DNA from: an uncultured Verrucomicrobiae bacterium
GTDB lineage: Bacteria; Verrucomicrobiota; Verrucomicrobiia; Chthoniobacterales; UBA10450
Assembly: GCA_963815455.1 (NCBI GenBank)
Contig: CAWFGO010000002.1
Coordinates: 652,708-716,707, forward strand
Reading direction: 5' to 3'
Length of the DNA: 64,000 nt
This document shows positions 19,616 through 30,274 of the stretch, one piece after another (position 1 is the first letter of the stretch; every line of letters begins with the position of its first letter). The notes under the pieces are model-generated. The model made no database searches. It saw only the letters and a program-made list of their open reading frames with translations, and had not been told where the DNA came from. Made by a program: the position numbers and the translations under genes.

Positions 19616-21271
19616 CTACGAATCCAGCGCCTGCCGAATGGTGTTGGCAAGTTGCTCCGGGTCGAACGGCTTGGGGAGGAAGAACATTCCGTTGTCGATC
19701 CTGTCTCCGGGATTGAGCGAATCAGCCAGATAACCGGAGACGAAAACGACTTTGGTATTTGGACTGATCTTGCGCAACCAGTCGGCGAAATAACGGCCAC
19801 TCATTTGCGGCATTACGACGTCGGTAAGCAGGAGATGGATGTTGCGCCCGGCGACCTCGGAAATCATGCGCTGGGCATCGTCGCCAGTGGCGGCCTCGAT
19901 GACCTGATAGCCCAGTTTGCGAAGGACCCGCACGGAAATGTGTCGCACACTGACGTCGTCCTCGAGAACGAGAATCGTTTCCGTGCCGGTGGGAAGTTTT
20001 TTTAGATTCGGCTTTTTATAAGAGGGCAACGGCGGAGCGGCAACCCGTGGGAAGTAAATCTGCGCGGTCGTGCCCTTGCCTTCTTCGCTTTCAACGCGGA
20101 TGTGCCCGCCGCTTTGATGCACGATGCCGTAACAAGTGGCGAGGCCCAGGCCGCTTCGATCGTCTTTGGTGGTAAAAAACGGTTCAAACAGATGCGACTT
20201 TGCTTCCTCGCTCATGCCTGTGCCGGTGTCGGCCACGCTGATGACGACATATTCGCCGGGAACAAAATGCCCGCAGAGAAAAGCCGGATCGGTTTCGCCA
20301 GTTAACTCGACAATTGCTGTTTCCAGGGTGAGCCGGCCGCCTTTCGGCATCGCGTCGCGAGCGTTCACAGCAAGGTTGAGAATGATCTGTGAGATCTGGC
20401 TGGGATCGACTCGGACGTGAGCGTCTTCTTTAAAAGGATGCAAATGACAAACGATGTCTTCGCCGAGCAACCGCAGCAACGACCGCTCCAGATTGACAAT
20501 GAGCGAATTGACCTCGATGACTCGCGGTTCGAGAGCCTGCTTGCGACTGAACGCGAGCAATTGGCCGGCCAGATCGGACGCGCGACCGGCGGCTTTTCGA
20601 ATCTCGGAGATGTGGTTTGCCACGATGCCTTTCGCGCCGGGCTCGGCCAGGGCGAGATCGCCGTAGCCCAGGATGGTCGTGAGAAAATTATTGAAGTCGT
20701 GCGCCAGACCACCGGCGAGCTGGCCAAAGGCTTCCATCTTTTGTGAACGGCAAAGCTGATCTTGAAGTTGTTTGCGCGCGGTAATGTCCATGAGCGATCC
20801 GATAAATCGCACAGCCCGCCCATCGCTACCGCGCTCGATCAGAGCGCGCTCGAGCAGGTGAACATAAGTTCCATCGGCGCGGCGGAAACGGTACTCGCCA
20901 CTCCAATGTGGCTCCGCTCCAGCCAGCGCGTCGCGAATGCCGGTTGCGACGCGGGTGCGATCGCCGGGATGGAGCCGTGCCTGCCAGAAACCGATCGTGC
21001 TGCTATTAGAGGCGGCCGGATCGAAGCCGAGCAGGCTTTCGAACCCTTGCGGCCAGGACAGGGCTCCCGTTGCTACATTCCAATCCCGAACTGCATCGTT
21101 TGTAGCCCGGGCAACAATCTCAAAATGGTCCGAAGCCTGGGGCGAGCGATTCTCAGATAATATGCAATTTTCGTCTTCATTGGTGGGTTGTCCGTTGTAG
21201 GGGTTCGCGTCATAAACGCCCGGCAATTGCGCTAGACTGTTTTCCTTCTGATTCCCCGTAGCCAATTCCAT
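19616..21271 (-). CDS. PAS-domain hybrid sensor histidine kinase/response regulator
   Basis: PAS, AHDFNNFL H-box, NLAVNARDAM, DTGTGM, FFTTK, GLGL, C-terminal receiver LLTDVVMP. Confidence 0.93.
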   Translation of the reverse strand: MELATGNQKENSLAQLPGVYDANPYNGQPTNEDENCILSENRSPQASDHFEIVARATNDAVRDWNVATGALSWPQGFESLLGFDPAASNSSTIGFWQARLHPGDRTRVATGIRDALAGAEPHWSGEYRFRRADGTYVHLLERALIERGSDGRAVRFIGSLMDITARKQLQDQLCRSQKMEAFGQLAGGLAHDFNNFLTTILGYGDLALAEPGAKGIVANHISEIRKAAGRASDLAGQLLAFSRKQALEPRVIEVNSLIVNLERSLLRLLGEDIVCHLHPFKEDAHVRVDPSQISQIILNLAVNARDAMPKGGRLTLETAIVELTGETDPAFLCGHFVPGEYVVISVADTGTGMSEEAKSHLFEPFFTTKDDRSGLGLATCYGIVHQSGGHIRVESEEGKGTTAQIYFPRVAAPPLPSYKKPNLKKLPTGTETILVLEDDVSVRHISVRVLRKLGYQVIEAATGDDAQRMISEVAGRNIHLLLTDVVMPQMSGRYFADWLRKISPNTKVVFVSGYLADSLNPGDRIDNGMFFLPKPFDPEQLANTIRQALDS

Positions 21272-21526
21272 GCGTCACGACATCTCGAATCCCGCAGGGA
21301 AAAATAGCTAGTTCCATGCCTAGAGTTGAAGATGCGCAGAGCGAAGAAAAGTGTGGATTCATTTCGCAAAAATCGCTGCCACAGACTTCGTTTTTGGCGC
21401 GATCGAGCAGCAGTTGAGCATGGTTTGATTTTTCAAATCGTGATTTCGTGAAATTGTGTTGCCGGTGCGTGATCAAGGAATCTCGGGGCAAGAACTCCTG
21501 TCACTAACTCGATCAAAAAATTCGAC

Positions 21527-22150
21527 CTAATCGCGCGCAGCGCGCAGGACAGAAGGCGCCTCGAGACGGACGTAACCGAATCTGAGGGCTGTCGATGGAT
21601 TCACGAACCGCACTCGATTTTCCCGATTTGCCGCAGCGGTGGACCCGGCCACGCGAAAGGAGAGTTTCACAAACCGCGCTTCGACGCCGATCATGGAGAG
21701 ATTGAAAAGTCGCTTGCGAGCAAACGGAATCGCGCCATCAACCGCTGTCCAGGCCGGGCTATCCGCCGGGAGAGGAGAATTCGAAACGGCAATATCGAGC
21801 TCGCCCTGAGCTGCGGCATTCTCGTTCACGAATGTAAACCGATCGAGCAACGCAATTCTGGCAAAGCTGATAATGAAAATCGTTTTACCCTCACGCAATG
21901 GGCAGCTGATCGTCTCGTCATCTTTGATCGTCGCCGGCGCGTTTTGCGCCGAACCGTCGGCGTCGGCTACGGGCGAAACACGGCCGTCCGGCGTGATGCA
22001 TTGAATCTGGGTGACAGCATGCAGCGGTTTTGAATTAACCCCCGGATTTTCAGCCTCCGCCGCGGTGGCCCGGCCGGCCGGGACGAAACCGGGCACCAGC
22101 AGTCCGGCGGCCAACGCCAGGGACAAAAAGTGAGATTGAGAGCGATTCAT
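21527..22150 (-). CDS. Hypothetical exported protein
   Basis: 207-aa ORF with signal peptide and GAGGGG RBS. Confidence 0.65.
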   Translation of the reverse strand: MNRSQSHFLSLALAAGLLVPGFVPAGRATAAEAENPGVNSKPLHAVTQIQCITPDGRVSPVADADGSAQNAPATIKDDETISCPLREGKTIFIISFARIALLDRFTFVNENAAAQGELDIAVSNSPLPADSPAWTAVDGAIPFARKRLFNLSMIGVEARFVKLSFRVAGSTAAANRENRVRFVNPSTALRFGYVRLEAPSVLRAARD

Positions 22151-22612
22151 GACCCCTCATCCAACAGCTTAGATTGGGCCAAACTGGACCGCTTTCCCAA
22201 GTTCGCCTCCCCGGTGGCAGAATCGCCGAACTCTGCCACTGTCTCCCAGTTGAGATTCTTCGCCGTCATCCCTTAGGAAATGCCCGTCGCCGGGCCCCAA
22301 AGAGGCAAAGCCAGACCGGTCCGGCATCGGTCAAAGACCACAAGAATTGGCCCCATCTCCCCTCGGAGGGCGCCCGGTTGCACCGGGCCAAGCGAAGGCG
22401 ATTCTTATGGGGGAAAAAATGGGCGTTTTTTTTGGGCTGATTTCGCTTGCTAGCTCCTTGAAGCATTTAGTAGAAGTAGCGGGACAAGGAGAAATCTGTA
22501 GTCAGCCAGCATTATTATATCCATGGAAGACGTGTCGAAAAAATCCAGCCTTCCCAAACGAAATTTATTTTGGTACCACAACTGCTATCGTTCAAACTCG
22601 CCTGACCTGTCT

Positions 22613-23946
22613 ATGAGCCGCCAAACCATCTCTTGCTCGCGTTTTCCAAAGCGGATCGCTTTGGTCTGTTTACTGCCGCTTCTTCTTGTGCCCTCAGTGG
22701 TTCGGTCGCAAGACGCGGTACGTCCGTCGCTGGCAGGCGAAGCAGCCAGCGAAGCGCGCCGGCAGGATGTCGATCGAATTCCCTACAATCTTCTCGTCGG
22801 CCCGGTCCGTCTCCGTGTCGGCGCAAGCGTCGGTGTGGAATACAACGACAACATCAATTACGCCGATGACGGTTTTGCCGAGGAGGACGTCATCATCCGG
22901 CCGCAAATCAATTTCGACGCCATCTGGCCGCTCACCCAGCTGAATACTCTGCGGCTGGATATCGGGATCAGCTACGCCGCTTATCTCGATCACTCGGAGG
23001 CGAACACGAACCAGATTCTGGTGGCCCCGAATTCGCAGTTGGCTTTCGATATTTTCGTGGGCGATTTCCGGATCAACTTCCACGATCGCTTTTCGGTCCA
23101 GCAAGACCCGATCGCCGAGGTGGGCCTGAACAATGTGACCGATTATCGGACGCTTCCAGAACTATGCCGGCGTCTCGGTCCTGTGGGATCTGAACCAGAT
23201 TTTGATCACCCTGGGATACGATCATTACAATTATGTTTCCACGACCGATCGGTTTGATTATCTGGACCGTAACGCGGAGCAGCTGTCGGGAACGGCCGGC
23301 GTGAAGGTCTCGGACGCCATTTTCACCGGCGTGGAAGGAAACGCCGTCTTCACCCGTTATAACAAGAGCGTTTTGAACGATCAGCGAGAATTACAGCGGC
23401 GGCGGATTCATCGAAGCTCAATTGAGCAATAATATCCGGGCGCGCATCGCGGGCGGCTATCAATGGATCGATTTCGATCACAACTTTGTGACGTTTGATT
23501 TTGGTTTTCCCTTCGGAGTGGTCATGCTTCCCGACAAGAAGGACCAGGCGGATTACTACGCCAACGGTCTCCTGACTCACCAAATCAACGAATCTATCAG
23601 CCAATCGATCAGCGCGGGTCATGAGAATCAGCTGGGTGTGAACTCAAACTCCATCCGGCTCAATTACGTCCGGCACACGGTGAACTGGAAGGTCTTGCGC
23701 AATACGCTGCTCACCACCGAATTCTTTTACGAAGATGCGAAAGATTCGGGCGGTCTGGCCGCGTTTCCGTTCTCGGCCAAGGGCGAACATCTCCAGCGTT
23801 ACGGCGGAGCGCTCACTGTTGGCTATCAATTAACACCCCACGTAACCCTTGGCTTGCGTTACCAGTACACCCGGAAAGATTCCGACGTGCCGCTGCGTGA
23901 CTATGAGCAAAACCGTGTTTCATTAGACGGAACCTACAGTTTCTAA
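22613..23946 (+). CDS. Outer-membrane beta-barrel protein of EPS locus; frameshifts near 23150 and 23385
   Basis: Signal peptide, EYNDNI, amphipathic strands, C-terminal ...NRVSLDGTYSF. Confidence 0.8.
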
Positions 23947-23961
23947 AGGGATGAAGTGGGA

Positions 23962-24670
23962 ATGTTAATGAGAGTTCGTGTCTATGCGTTAATCTCCGCT
24001 GTTTTTGTCTGGGTTTCGCCGCCAGGGAATGCCCAGCACTCTCAGCAATCGCAGGACGTTGCTACGCCCATTCCGTTAACGACCAGAACGCCCTCAAACG
24101 AAGCTTCTTCGAGGCACGAGCACCGTCATGCTCACCAACTCGATGGATGTCCTGGACGATAAGAAAAAACTTGGCTCGAACGATTTCGTCAGTTTCCGGG
24201 TTGTCGAAGACCGCGATAACGAATCGCAACGGCTCCGGGTAAACGACAATGGGGAATTGGAAGTCCCCTATATTGGCCCGGTGCCGGCCTCGGGGAAAAC
24301 TTGCAAACAGCTCGCCCGCGATATCAAAGGCGCCCTGGAGAAAGAATATTATTATCACGCGACGGTGATTCTGGCCCTGGACCGGGTCAGCGAAAAATCC
24401 CGCGGGCGCGTTTACGTTTACGGTTCAGTCAGGGCCCAGGGGCCGCAGGAGATCCCACCGGACGAGGTTTATACCGTCAGCAAGGCGATCATTCGCGCCG
24501 GGGGCTTCGGCGATTTCGCAAACAAGCGCAAGGTCAAGCTCACCCGCCTGGATGGCAAGGATTACACTGTCGATCTTAAACGCGTGATCGAAGAAGGACA
24601 CTCCGACGAAGACGTCGCCCTTCAGCCCGACGACACGATCTACGTGCCCCAGAAGTTAATTAACATGTAG
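23962..24670 (+). CDS. wza: Polysaccharide export protein (Wza/SLBB family); frameshift near 24110
   Basis: GELEVPYIGPV.ASGKT, VYVYGSV, AIIRAGGF, LQPDDTIYVP. Confidence 0.85.
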
Positions 24671-24672
24671 CC

Positions 24673-26826
24673 ATGCAACTTCCGACCGCTGAAAAATACA
24701 CGGCGCCTTCCTGGTCCACCAGTTTCGTTACCCGGCTCCACCGCTACAAGACCCTCCTGCTCAGGCGCTGGTGGATCCCGGTGCTGACCATTTGTCTCGG
24801 GCTGTTTGTCGAAGCGTGGATCACCGTTCAAACGCCGCCTTCATTTCTCTCGACCAGCAAAATGATGATGCCGGGACAACTGCGAATCCCCCAGGGCGCA
24901 ATTTACAGCGAGGAATCGCAAAACTTTTTCGGCACCCAAATCCAGCTGATGCAGAGCGCCGAAGTGAAACGTGGCGCGGAAGCGCTCGTCCGCTCGATCC
25001 ATCCGGAAATGCAGCCGGTGCCGGTCATACTCACTATTTATCAGCGCCCGCGCACTTCGATTTTTGAGCTCCAGGCCATTGGCCGCTCGCCGGAGTACAC
25101 CCAGGCTTATCTCAATGCGGTGATGCAGAAGTATCTCGACTTCAAAAAAGGGGTGCGGGAGGGCCAGGGCCAGACGGTGATCACCGGTATTACCGAACAG
25201 CTCATCCAGACGGAAAAGGACTTGAGGACGGCCGAAGATGAAATGCTCGAGTTCCAGAAACAGAACAACATCGGTTTTATCCAGGAGGAAGGAAACAGTG
25301 CCGCCGCTTATCTGGTAAAATTGAATCGCGATTATGCCGCGTTCAAAACCGAATACGATTTGCTCGATTTGCTCGACCTCGATCAGACCCTCGATCGGGC
25401 CAAGAACAGGTCCGAAGGCGGCGCCGCCACGGAAACCGACCAGCAAGTGATGCCGTTTTCCGGCGTCGGTCCGGAAGCGGATTACTTGAAGGCCAAACAG
25501 CAAGTCCAGTTGCTTAAGGCGGAGCGGGACATTCTGGCGAAAAATCTTCGCCCCAACCACCCCAAGATCATCAAGATCGCCGACGAAATCTCGAAGCAGG
25601 AAAAATTGATCGATCTCTACCGCGGCGACGCTTTGGAAAAACTGAAGACTCGCCGCGAATCCATCGGCAAGCAGATGGAAAACCTCCAGACGAACATCAA
25701 GGAGTGGGAAGCAAAAGCGCTCGACCTCAGCCAGCGCCTGGCCCTGTTCAATCGGGTCAAAGGCAAAGTTGATCGTCTAAAAGTTTTGTATGAACGATTG
25801 GCCAACAATCTCAAGGAAGTCGATGTCTCACAGGTGGTTGATTCGGCCGATCAAATCGCCATCATGGAAATGGGCACGACGCCAGTCTCGGTGCATCCCG
25901 GGTTGGTTAAAAGTCTCCTGATCGGTTTCGGGTGCGGCCTGTTCGCCGGTATTGCCATTCTCATCCTGCTCGATCGCATCGACGATCGCATGGCGTCTTT
26001 GAGCGAATTTCAGCGGCAGTTCTCCGAAAGCGTGCTGGGCCAAATCCCCAAAGAGAGAACCAAAGGGAAAGTCACGTTGCTCCAGCCCGATGATGCCCGC
26101 CATGTCTTTGCCGAATCGTACCGGAACGTCCGCTCGTCAATTTTCTTCATGCCTTACGATGGACCGAGGCCGAAAACGCTGCTTATCACCAGCGCTGTTC
26201 CCAACGAAGGGAAATCAACCATCGCAGCCAACCTTTCCATTACCATGGCGCTCTCCGGCGCGCGCACGTTGTTGATCGATGCCGACCTTCGCCGCGGCGC
26301 CGTTCGCGAGACTTTCGGCATTTCATCGAAGATCGGTTTTTCGGAAGTGCTCAAACAGGAAGTAAACTGGCGGGAAGTAGTCGTCCCGACCTCCTATCCG
26401 AATTTGTTTATTCTGCCGCGCGGGCGCACGTTGTCGCAGCCGAGCGAACATCTCCTGCGCGAATCCACCGATGCGTTGCTGCAAGAGATTTACAACGAAT
26501 ACGACTACATCGTGATCGACAGCTCGCCGATCCTGGCTGCGGACGATACCACGAGCCTGGCTCCCAAGATCGATGCCACCCTGTTCGTTGTCCGCCTCGG
26601 TTACACCTCCGGACGGCTCACCCGCAAATCCCTCGAATTACTTTACAATCGGCAGGTAAACGTTCCGGGCGTCATTCTCAATTTCGTCGATACGACGCTG
26701 CCCGAATATTATTACTACCAGTATTCGGAATATTACAACACGCCTGCGCCTGCAGCGACTAATGGTGAAACCATGACGCCGTTGCCGCCGCGTCGTGGCC
26801 AACCCAAGCACGCCCAGACTTCCTAG
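24673..26826 (+). CDS. wzc: Polysaccharide co-polymerase/tyrosine autokinase
   Basis: Two TM segments, coiled coil, PNEGKST, IDADLRR, VIDSSP, Tyr cluster EYYYYQYSEYY. Confidence 0.93.
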   Translation: MQLPTAEKYTAPSWSTSFVTRLHRYKTLLLRRWWIPVLTICLGLFVEAWITVQTPPSFLSTSKMMMPGQLRIPQGAIYSEESQNFFGTQIQLMQSAEVKRGAEALVRSIHPEMQPVPVILTIYQRPRTSIFELQAIGRSPEYTQAYLNAVMQKYLDFKKGVREGQGQTVITGITEQLIQTEKDLRTAEDEMLEFQKQNNIGFIQEEGNSAAAYLVKLNRDYAAFKTEYDLLDLLDLDQTLDRAKNRSEGGAATETDQQVMPFSGVGPEADYLKAKQQVQLLKAERDILAKNLRPNHPKIIKIADEISKQEKLIDLYRGDALEKLKTRRESIGKQMENLQTNIKEWEAKALDLSQRLALFNRVKGKVDRLKVLYERLANNLKEVDVSQVVDSADQIAIMEMGTTPVSVHPGLVKSLLIGFGCGLFAGIAILILLDRIDDRMASLSEFQRQFSESVLGQIPKERTKGKVTLLQPDDARHVFAESYRNVRSSIFFMPYDGPRPKTLLITSAVPNEGKSTIAANLSITMALSGARTLLIDADLRRGAVRETFGISSKIGFSEVLKQEVNWREVVVPTSYPNLFILPRGRTLSQPSEHLLRESTDALLQEIYNEYDYIVIDSSPILAADDTTSLAPKIDATLFVVRLGYTSGRLTRKSLELLYNRQVNVPGVILNFVDTTLPEYYYYQYSEYYNTPAPAATNGETMTPLPPRRGQPKHAQTS

Positions 26827-26941
26827 CGCAGGCAGCTTGTCTGTGGCGGGGTGGCGCCGGCAGGCATACTGCCCGTAAAATTCTTGGAATTCATCTTGGC
26901 ACTTCGATAGCTCATTGCTCTCTTGAGCAGATGATCACGCC

Positions 26942-28261
26942 ATGAGTTTCTTCGGCCCCATTCCAACGCCGCTCGAGGATGAGACTTCATCCCCTTTGAT
27001 CCGGCGCGCGTTATATCGGGCGAAAATCGTCGGTCGTTTCGCAATCGTTCAAGCAATAGTCCAAATCATCGGCTTTGGCAGCGGCATTTTGCTCGTTCAT
27101 AAACTGAGCCAGCAGGAATACGCCTACTTCACTATCGCCAATAGCATGCAGGCGACGCTGCAGATTCTTGGCGACCTCGGGATCAGCGTAGGCTTGATCT
27201 CGATTGGCGGTCGCGTTTGGCAGGATCGACATCGATTCGGCCAGCTCATCAATACCGCGCTAAGCCTCCGCAAACGACTGAGCGTGCTGGCCATTCTCGT
27301 CGTAACGCCGTGTCTCTATTTCCTTTTGGCCAGGAATAACGCGCCGATCTCTTACGCCGCGATCATCATCGCTCTGGTTGTTGGCGGCATACAAATTCAA
27401 CTGTCGATCGGCGTCCTGACCGTTGTTCCTCGTCTGCACTCCGATATTCGCAAGATCCAGAAAATCGATCTCACCGGCGCGATCATTCGTCTCACTTTGC
27501 TGACCGCACTGATGTTTCTGTTTCTCGACGCGGCCGTGGCCATCGCGGTGACGGCGGCAACCTGGCTCATTCAATACTTCATGCTTCGCGGTTACGTCAG
27601 CGAAACGATCGATCGCAGCGCGCCGCAAAATTCAGAGGATCGACGTGAGATTTTTCGCCTGATCAAACATCTGGCGCCCAATTCGATCTTTTATTGTCTG
27701 CAAGGACAGATCACGGTTTTTCTCATCAGTCTTTTCGCCCGCCACACCACTTCGATCGCCGAAGTCGGCGCCCTCGGCCGATTGGCCATGATCTTCACCA
27801 TCCTCAGCAATCTGCTCGCCAATATTTTTGTCCCCGCGTTTGCCCGATGTCAGGATCCGCGAAAAATGCGATGGTTCTACGCCGCGATTGTCGGCGGCGT
27901 GACGGCATTCAGTTTGGTAGTCCTGGCCGGCGCGCGATTTTTTCCGCGGGAATTCCTGTTCGTGCTCGGAAACAAATACGCCAATCTTGATCACGAATTG
28001 TTCTTGATGATTGCGCTTGCCATCGGCGCAGCGATCACCGGCACGCTCTGGTCTTTGAATGCGGCAAAGGCCTGGGTCACCGGCTCCTGGCTCTATATTC
28101 CTCTGACCTTGGTTACGCAGATCGCTCTCATTCCCTTCACCAATTTTTCCAGTGTGTCCGGTGTTCTTATTTTCAATCTAATCTCGATCGTGCCGAATTT
28201 GTTTCTCAACGCTGTTCTGACCTACCGCGGCTTTCGATCCTTGCCGCAGCCCGCTGGATGA
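26942..28261 (+). CDS. wzx: Polysaccharide flippase-like membrane protein
   Basis: About 12 hydrophobic segments; located in the EPS cluster. Confidence 0.75.
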   Translation: MSFFGPIPTPLEDETSSPLIRRALYRAKIVGRFAIVQAIVQIIGFGSGILLVHKLSQQEYAYFTIANSMQATLQILGDLGISVGLISIGGRVWQDRHRFGQLINTALSLRKRLSVLAILVVTPCLYFLLARNNAPISYAAIIIALVVGGIQIQLSIGVLTVVPRLHSDIRKIQKIDLTGAIIRLTLLTALMFLFLDAAVAIAVTAATWLIQYFMLRGYVSETIDRSAPQNSEDRREIFRLIKHLAPNSIFYCLQGQITVFLISLFARHTTSIAEVGALGRLAMIFTILSNLLANIFVPAFARCQDPRKMRWFYAAIVGGVTAFSLVVLAGARFFPREFLFVLGNKYANLDHELFLMIALAIGAAITGTLWSLNAAKAWVTGSWLYIPLTLVTQIALIPFTNFSSVSGVLIFNLISIVPNLFLNAVLTYRGFRSLPQPAG

Positions 28262-29100
28262 TCAACTTCCCCTACCATCTCGCCCGTGCCGAAGGCCACG
28301 CCAGTCGAGATATCTATCGGGCCGCTCTTCCTTTGATCGTTCGCCGGAAAATCGAGTCGCCTCGCAAGATCGACATCGATGTCTATTCCTATTCCGGCGA
28401 GCGGGCGCTGCCCGAGCAAGTCGCCTCCATTCGTTCCTTTCTGCGATTTGCCGGTCGCCCCGCTCGTTTCACTGTCGTGTCCGACGGAAGCTACACGTCA
28501 CAAAGCAGCGGCCTGTTGCAGCGAATCGATCCCGTTGTTCAGATCCAAGCCGCAACTCCTCCTCCCTCTGTCGATCTTCCCGAAAAACTTCGGAATTACC
28601 TCTCCCGCCATCCGACCGGCAAACAACTTGCGCTGATCATGTCCTTGCCAAAAAACAATCCGGCGTTGTACATCGATTCCGATGTTCTCTTTTTCGCGGG
28701 CGCCACCGATCTGGCAGGTCGTGTGGCCGTTCATGATGCGCCGGCTTATTACCTCAGCGATTGCCAATTCTCAGGCGACTCCCGTCTTCTGCACGATGCG
28801 CAGGAACAACGAGAACCGGTGAACACGGGCGCATTACTCCTCTTTGAAAAACTCGACTGGTCGCTCAGTATCGATCGATTTCTCAAACTCGACGGCGATC
28901 CCAGTTTTTTTACCAACCAAACAATGACGCACTTGACGATGCACGCGAACGGAGCGCAGCCGTTCGATCCGGCGAAGTACGTGCTTCAGCTCGGCGATCA
29001 GTTCGGTTACGGCGATCGCTATGCCAACAAGTCGCTCGTCATGCGCCATTATGTAAATCCAGTCCGTCACAAATTCTGGACTCGTCTTGCCCGTGGATAA
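28258..29100 (+). CDS. GT-A fold glycosyltransferase-like protein
   Basis: YIDSDVLF (DxD), NTG, NQT motifs. Confidence 0.6.
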   Translation: MINFPYHLARAEGHASRDIYRAALPLIVRRKIESPRKIDIDVYSYSGERALPEQVASIRSFLRFAGRPARFTVVSDGSYTSQSSGLLQRIDPVVQIQAATPPPSVDLPEKLRNYLSRHPTGKQLALIMSLPKNNPALYIDSDVLFFAGATDLAGRVAVHDAPAYYLSDCQFSGDSRLLHDAQEQREPVNTGALLLFEKLDWSLSIDRFLKLDGDPSFFTNQTMTHLTMHANGAQPFDPAKYVLQLGDQFGYGDRYANKSLVMRHYVNPVRHKFWTRLARG

Positions 29101-30274
29101 GCCGCTGCGAATTCTGGTCATCGTGAACCTCCCGTGGGACCCGCGCCTGGGCGCCTCTCGCGTTTACATCGAACTCGTCAAACAATGGAAAACCGCCGGA
29201 CATCATGTCGAAGTTTTCTGCCTCACCGATGCCTTCCCGCGAGCGACCAGGTCTTCCGGCCGGGCCGCGGTGCGCCAAATTTTCTTTCGCTCGCATGCCG
29301 CTCGCCATGTTCGCCAGAACGCTTCTCGATTCGATGTCATCGACGCGACGATCGGCGTCCTTCCGTTTCCGAAGAAACGATTGAACTTCTCTGGACTTCT
29401 CGTTGCCCGTTCAATCGGTCTTTATCGCGCGTTCGATGACTTTGTGCGTTTCAGCCGAAAACGCTGGCCCGATGAATCCAGCGGCAAATTTATCGGCCGC
29501 TACTTTCATCGACTAAAGCGGCGCTGGCTCGCTCGTGAATCTGATCGTGCCCTCCAATATTGCGACGTAATCAATCTGCCTAACGCCGACGAGCGCGACT
29601 TGCTCCCAAAAACGAAAGTCGTTGGAAAAAAAATATTGATCCAGCCTTACGGCCTCAATGAAAACGATAGGACCGCCCTTGCTGCCGCGGCGAAATCCCC
29701 CGAGGCCCGACTTCAAGGCAAAGAAATCTGCTTCGTTGGGATGTGGAGCCTGCGCAAAGGGGCGCGCGATTGGGGCGAGATTGTCGATCGTGTTCGCAAG
29801 ATCATTCCGAACGCCCGATTTAAATTTCTCGGCACCACGGCGACCGACCAGAAAGTTCTGAACGATCTCCGTTTGTCGCATAGCGAGTTTATTTCCTGCA
29901 TTTCGACTTACGATCCAGACGAACTTCCCAGGCAGCTCGGTTCTTGCGCAGTCGGCCTTTTCCCAAGCTACGTGGAAGGTTTTGGTCTCGCCGTTCTCGA
30001 ACAGTTAGCCGCGGGAATTCCCACCGTCGCCTACGATGTCCCTGGCCCGCGTCACATTCTCGAGCCGCTTCGCAGCAAGCTTCTGGTGCCGGTAGGCGAA
30101 GCCAGCGCAATCGCTGGACGCGCCACGGAGATTCTGCGCCTGGCTCCGGACGATTACGACGTTCTTGCGAACCGGTGTCGATCCATCGCAAACGAATTTC
30201 AGTGGGAACGAATCGCGAGCGATACCGCGCAGCAGTATCAAGCCGCCTTACAAGAACTGCGGCCCCCACAATGA
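29093..30274 (+). CDS. Glycosyltransferase family 4
   Basis: RKG; PSYVEGFGLAVLEQLAAG. Confidence 0.88.
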   Translation: MDKPLRILVIVNLPWDPRLGASRVYIELVKQWKTAGHHVEVFCLTDAFPRATRSSGRAAVRQIFFRSHAARHVRQNASRFDVIDATIGVLPFPKKRLNFSGLLVARSIGLYRAFDDFVRFSRKRWPDESSGKFIGRYFHRLKRRWLARESDRALQYCDVINLPNADERDLLPKTKVVGKKILIQPYGLNENDRTALAAAAKSPEARLQGKEICFVGMWSLRKGARDWGEIVDRVRKIIPNARFKFLGTTATDQKVLNDLRLSHSEFISCISTYDPDELPRQLGSCAVGLFPSYVEGFGLAVLEQLAAGIPTVAYDVPGPRHILEPLRSKLLVPVGEASAIAGRATEILRLAPDDYDVLANRCRSIANEFQWERIASDTAQQYQAALQELRPPQ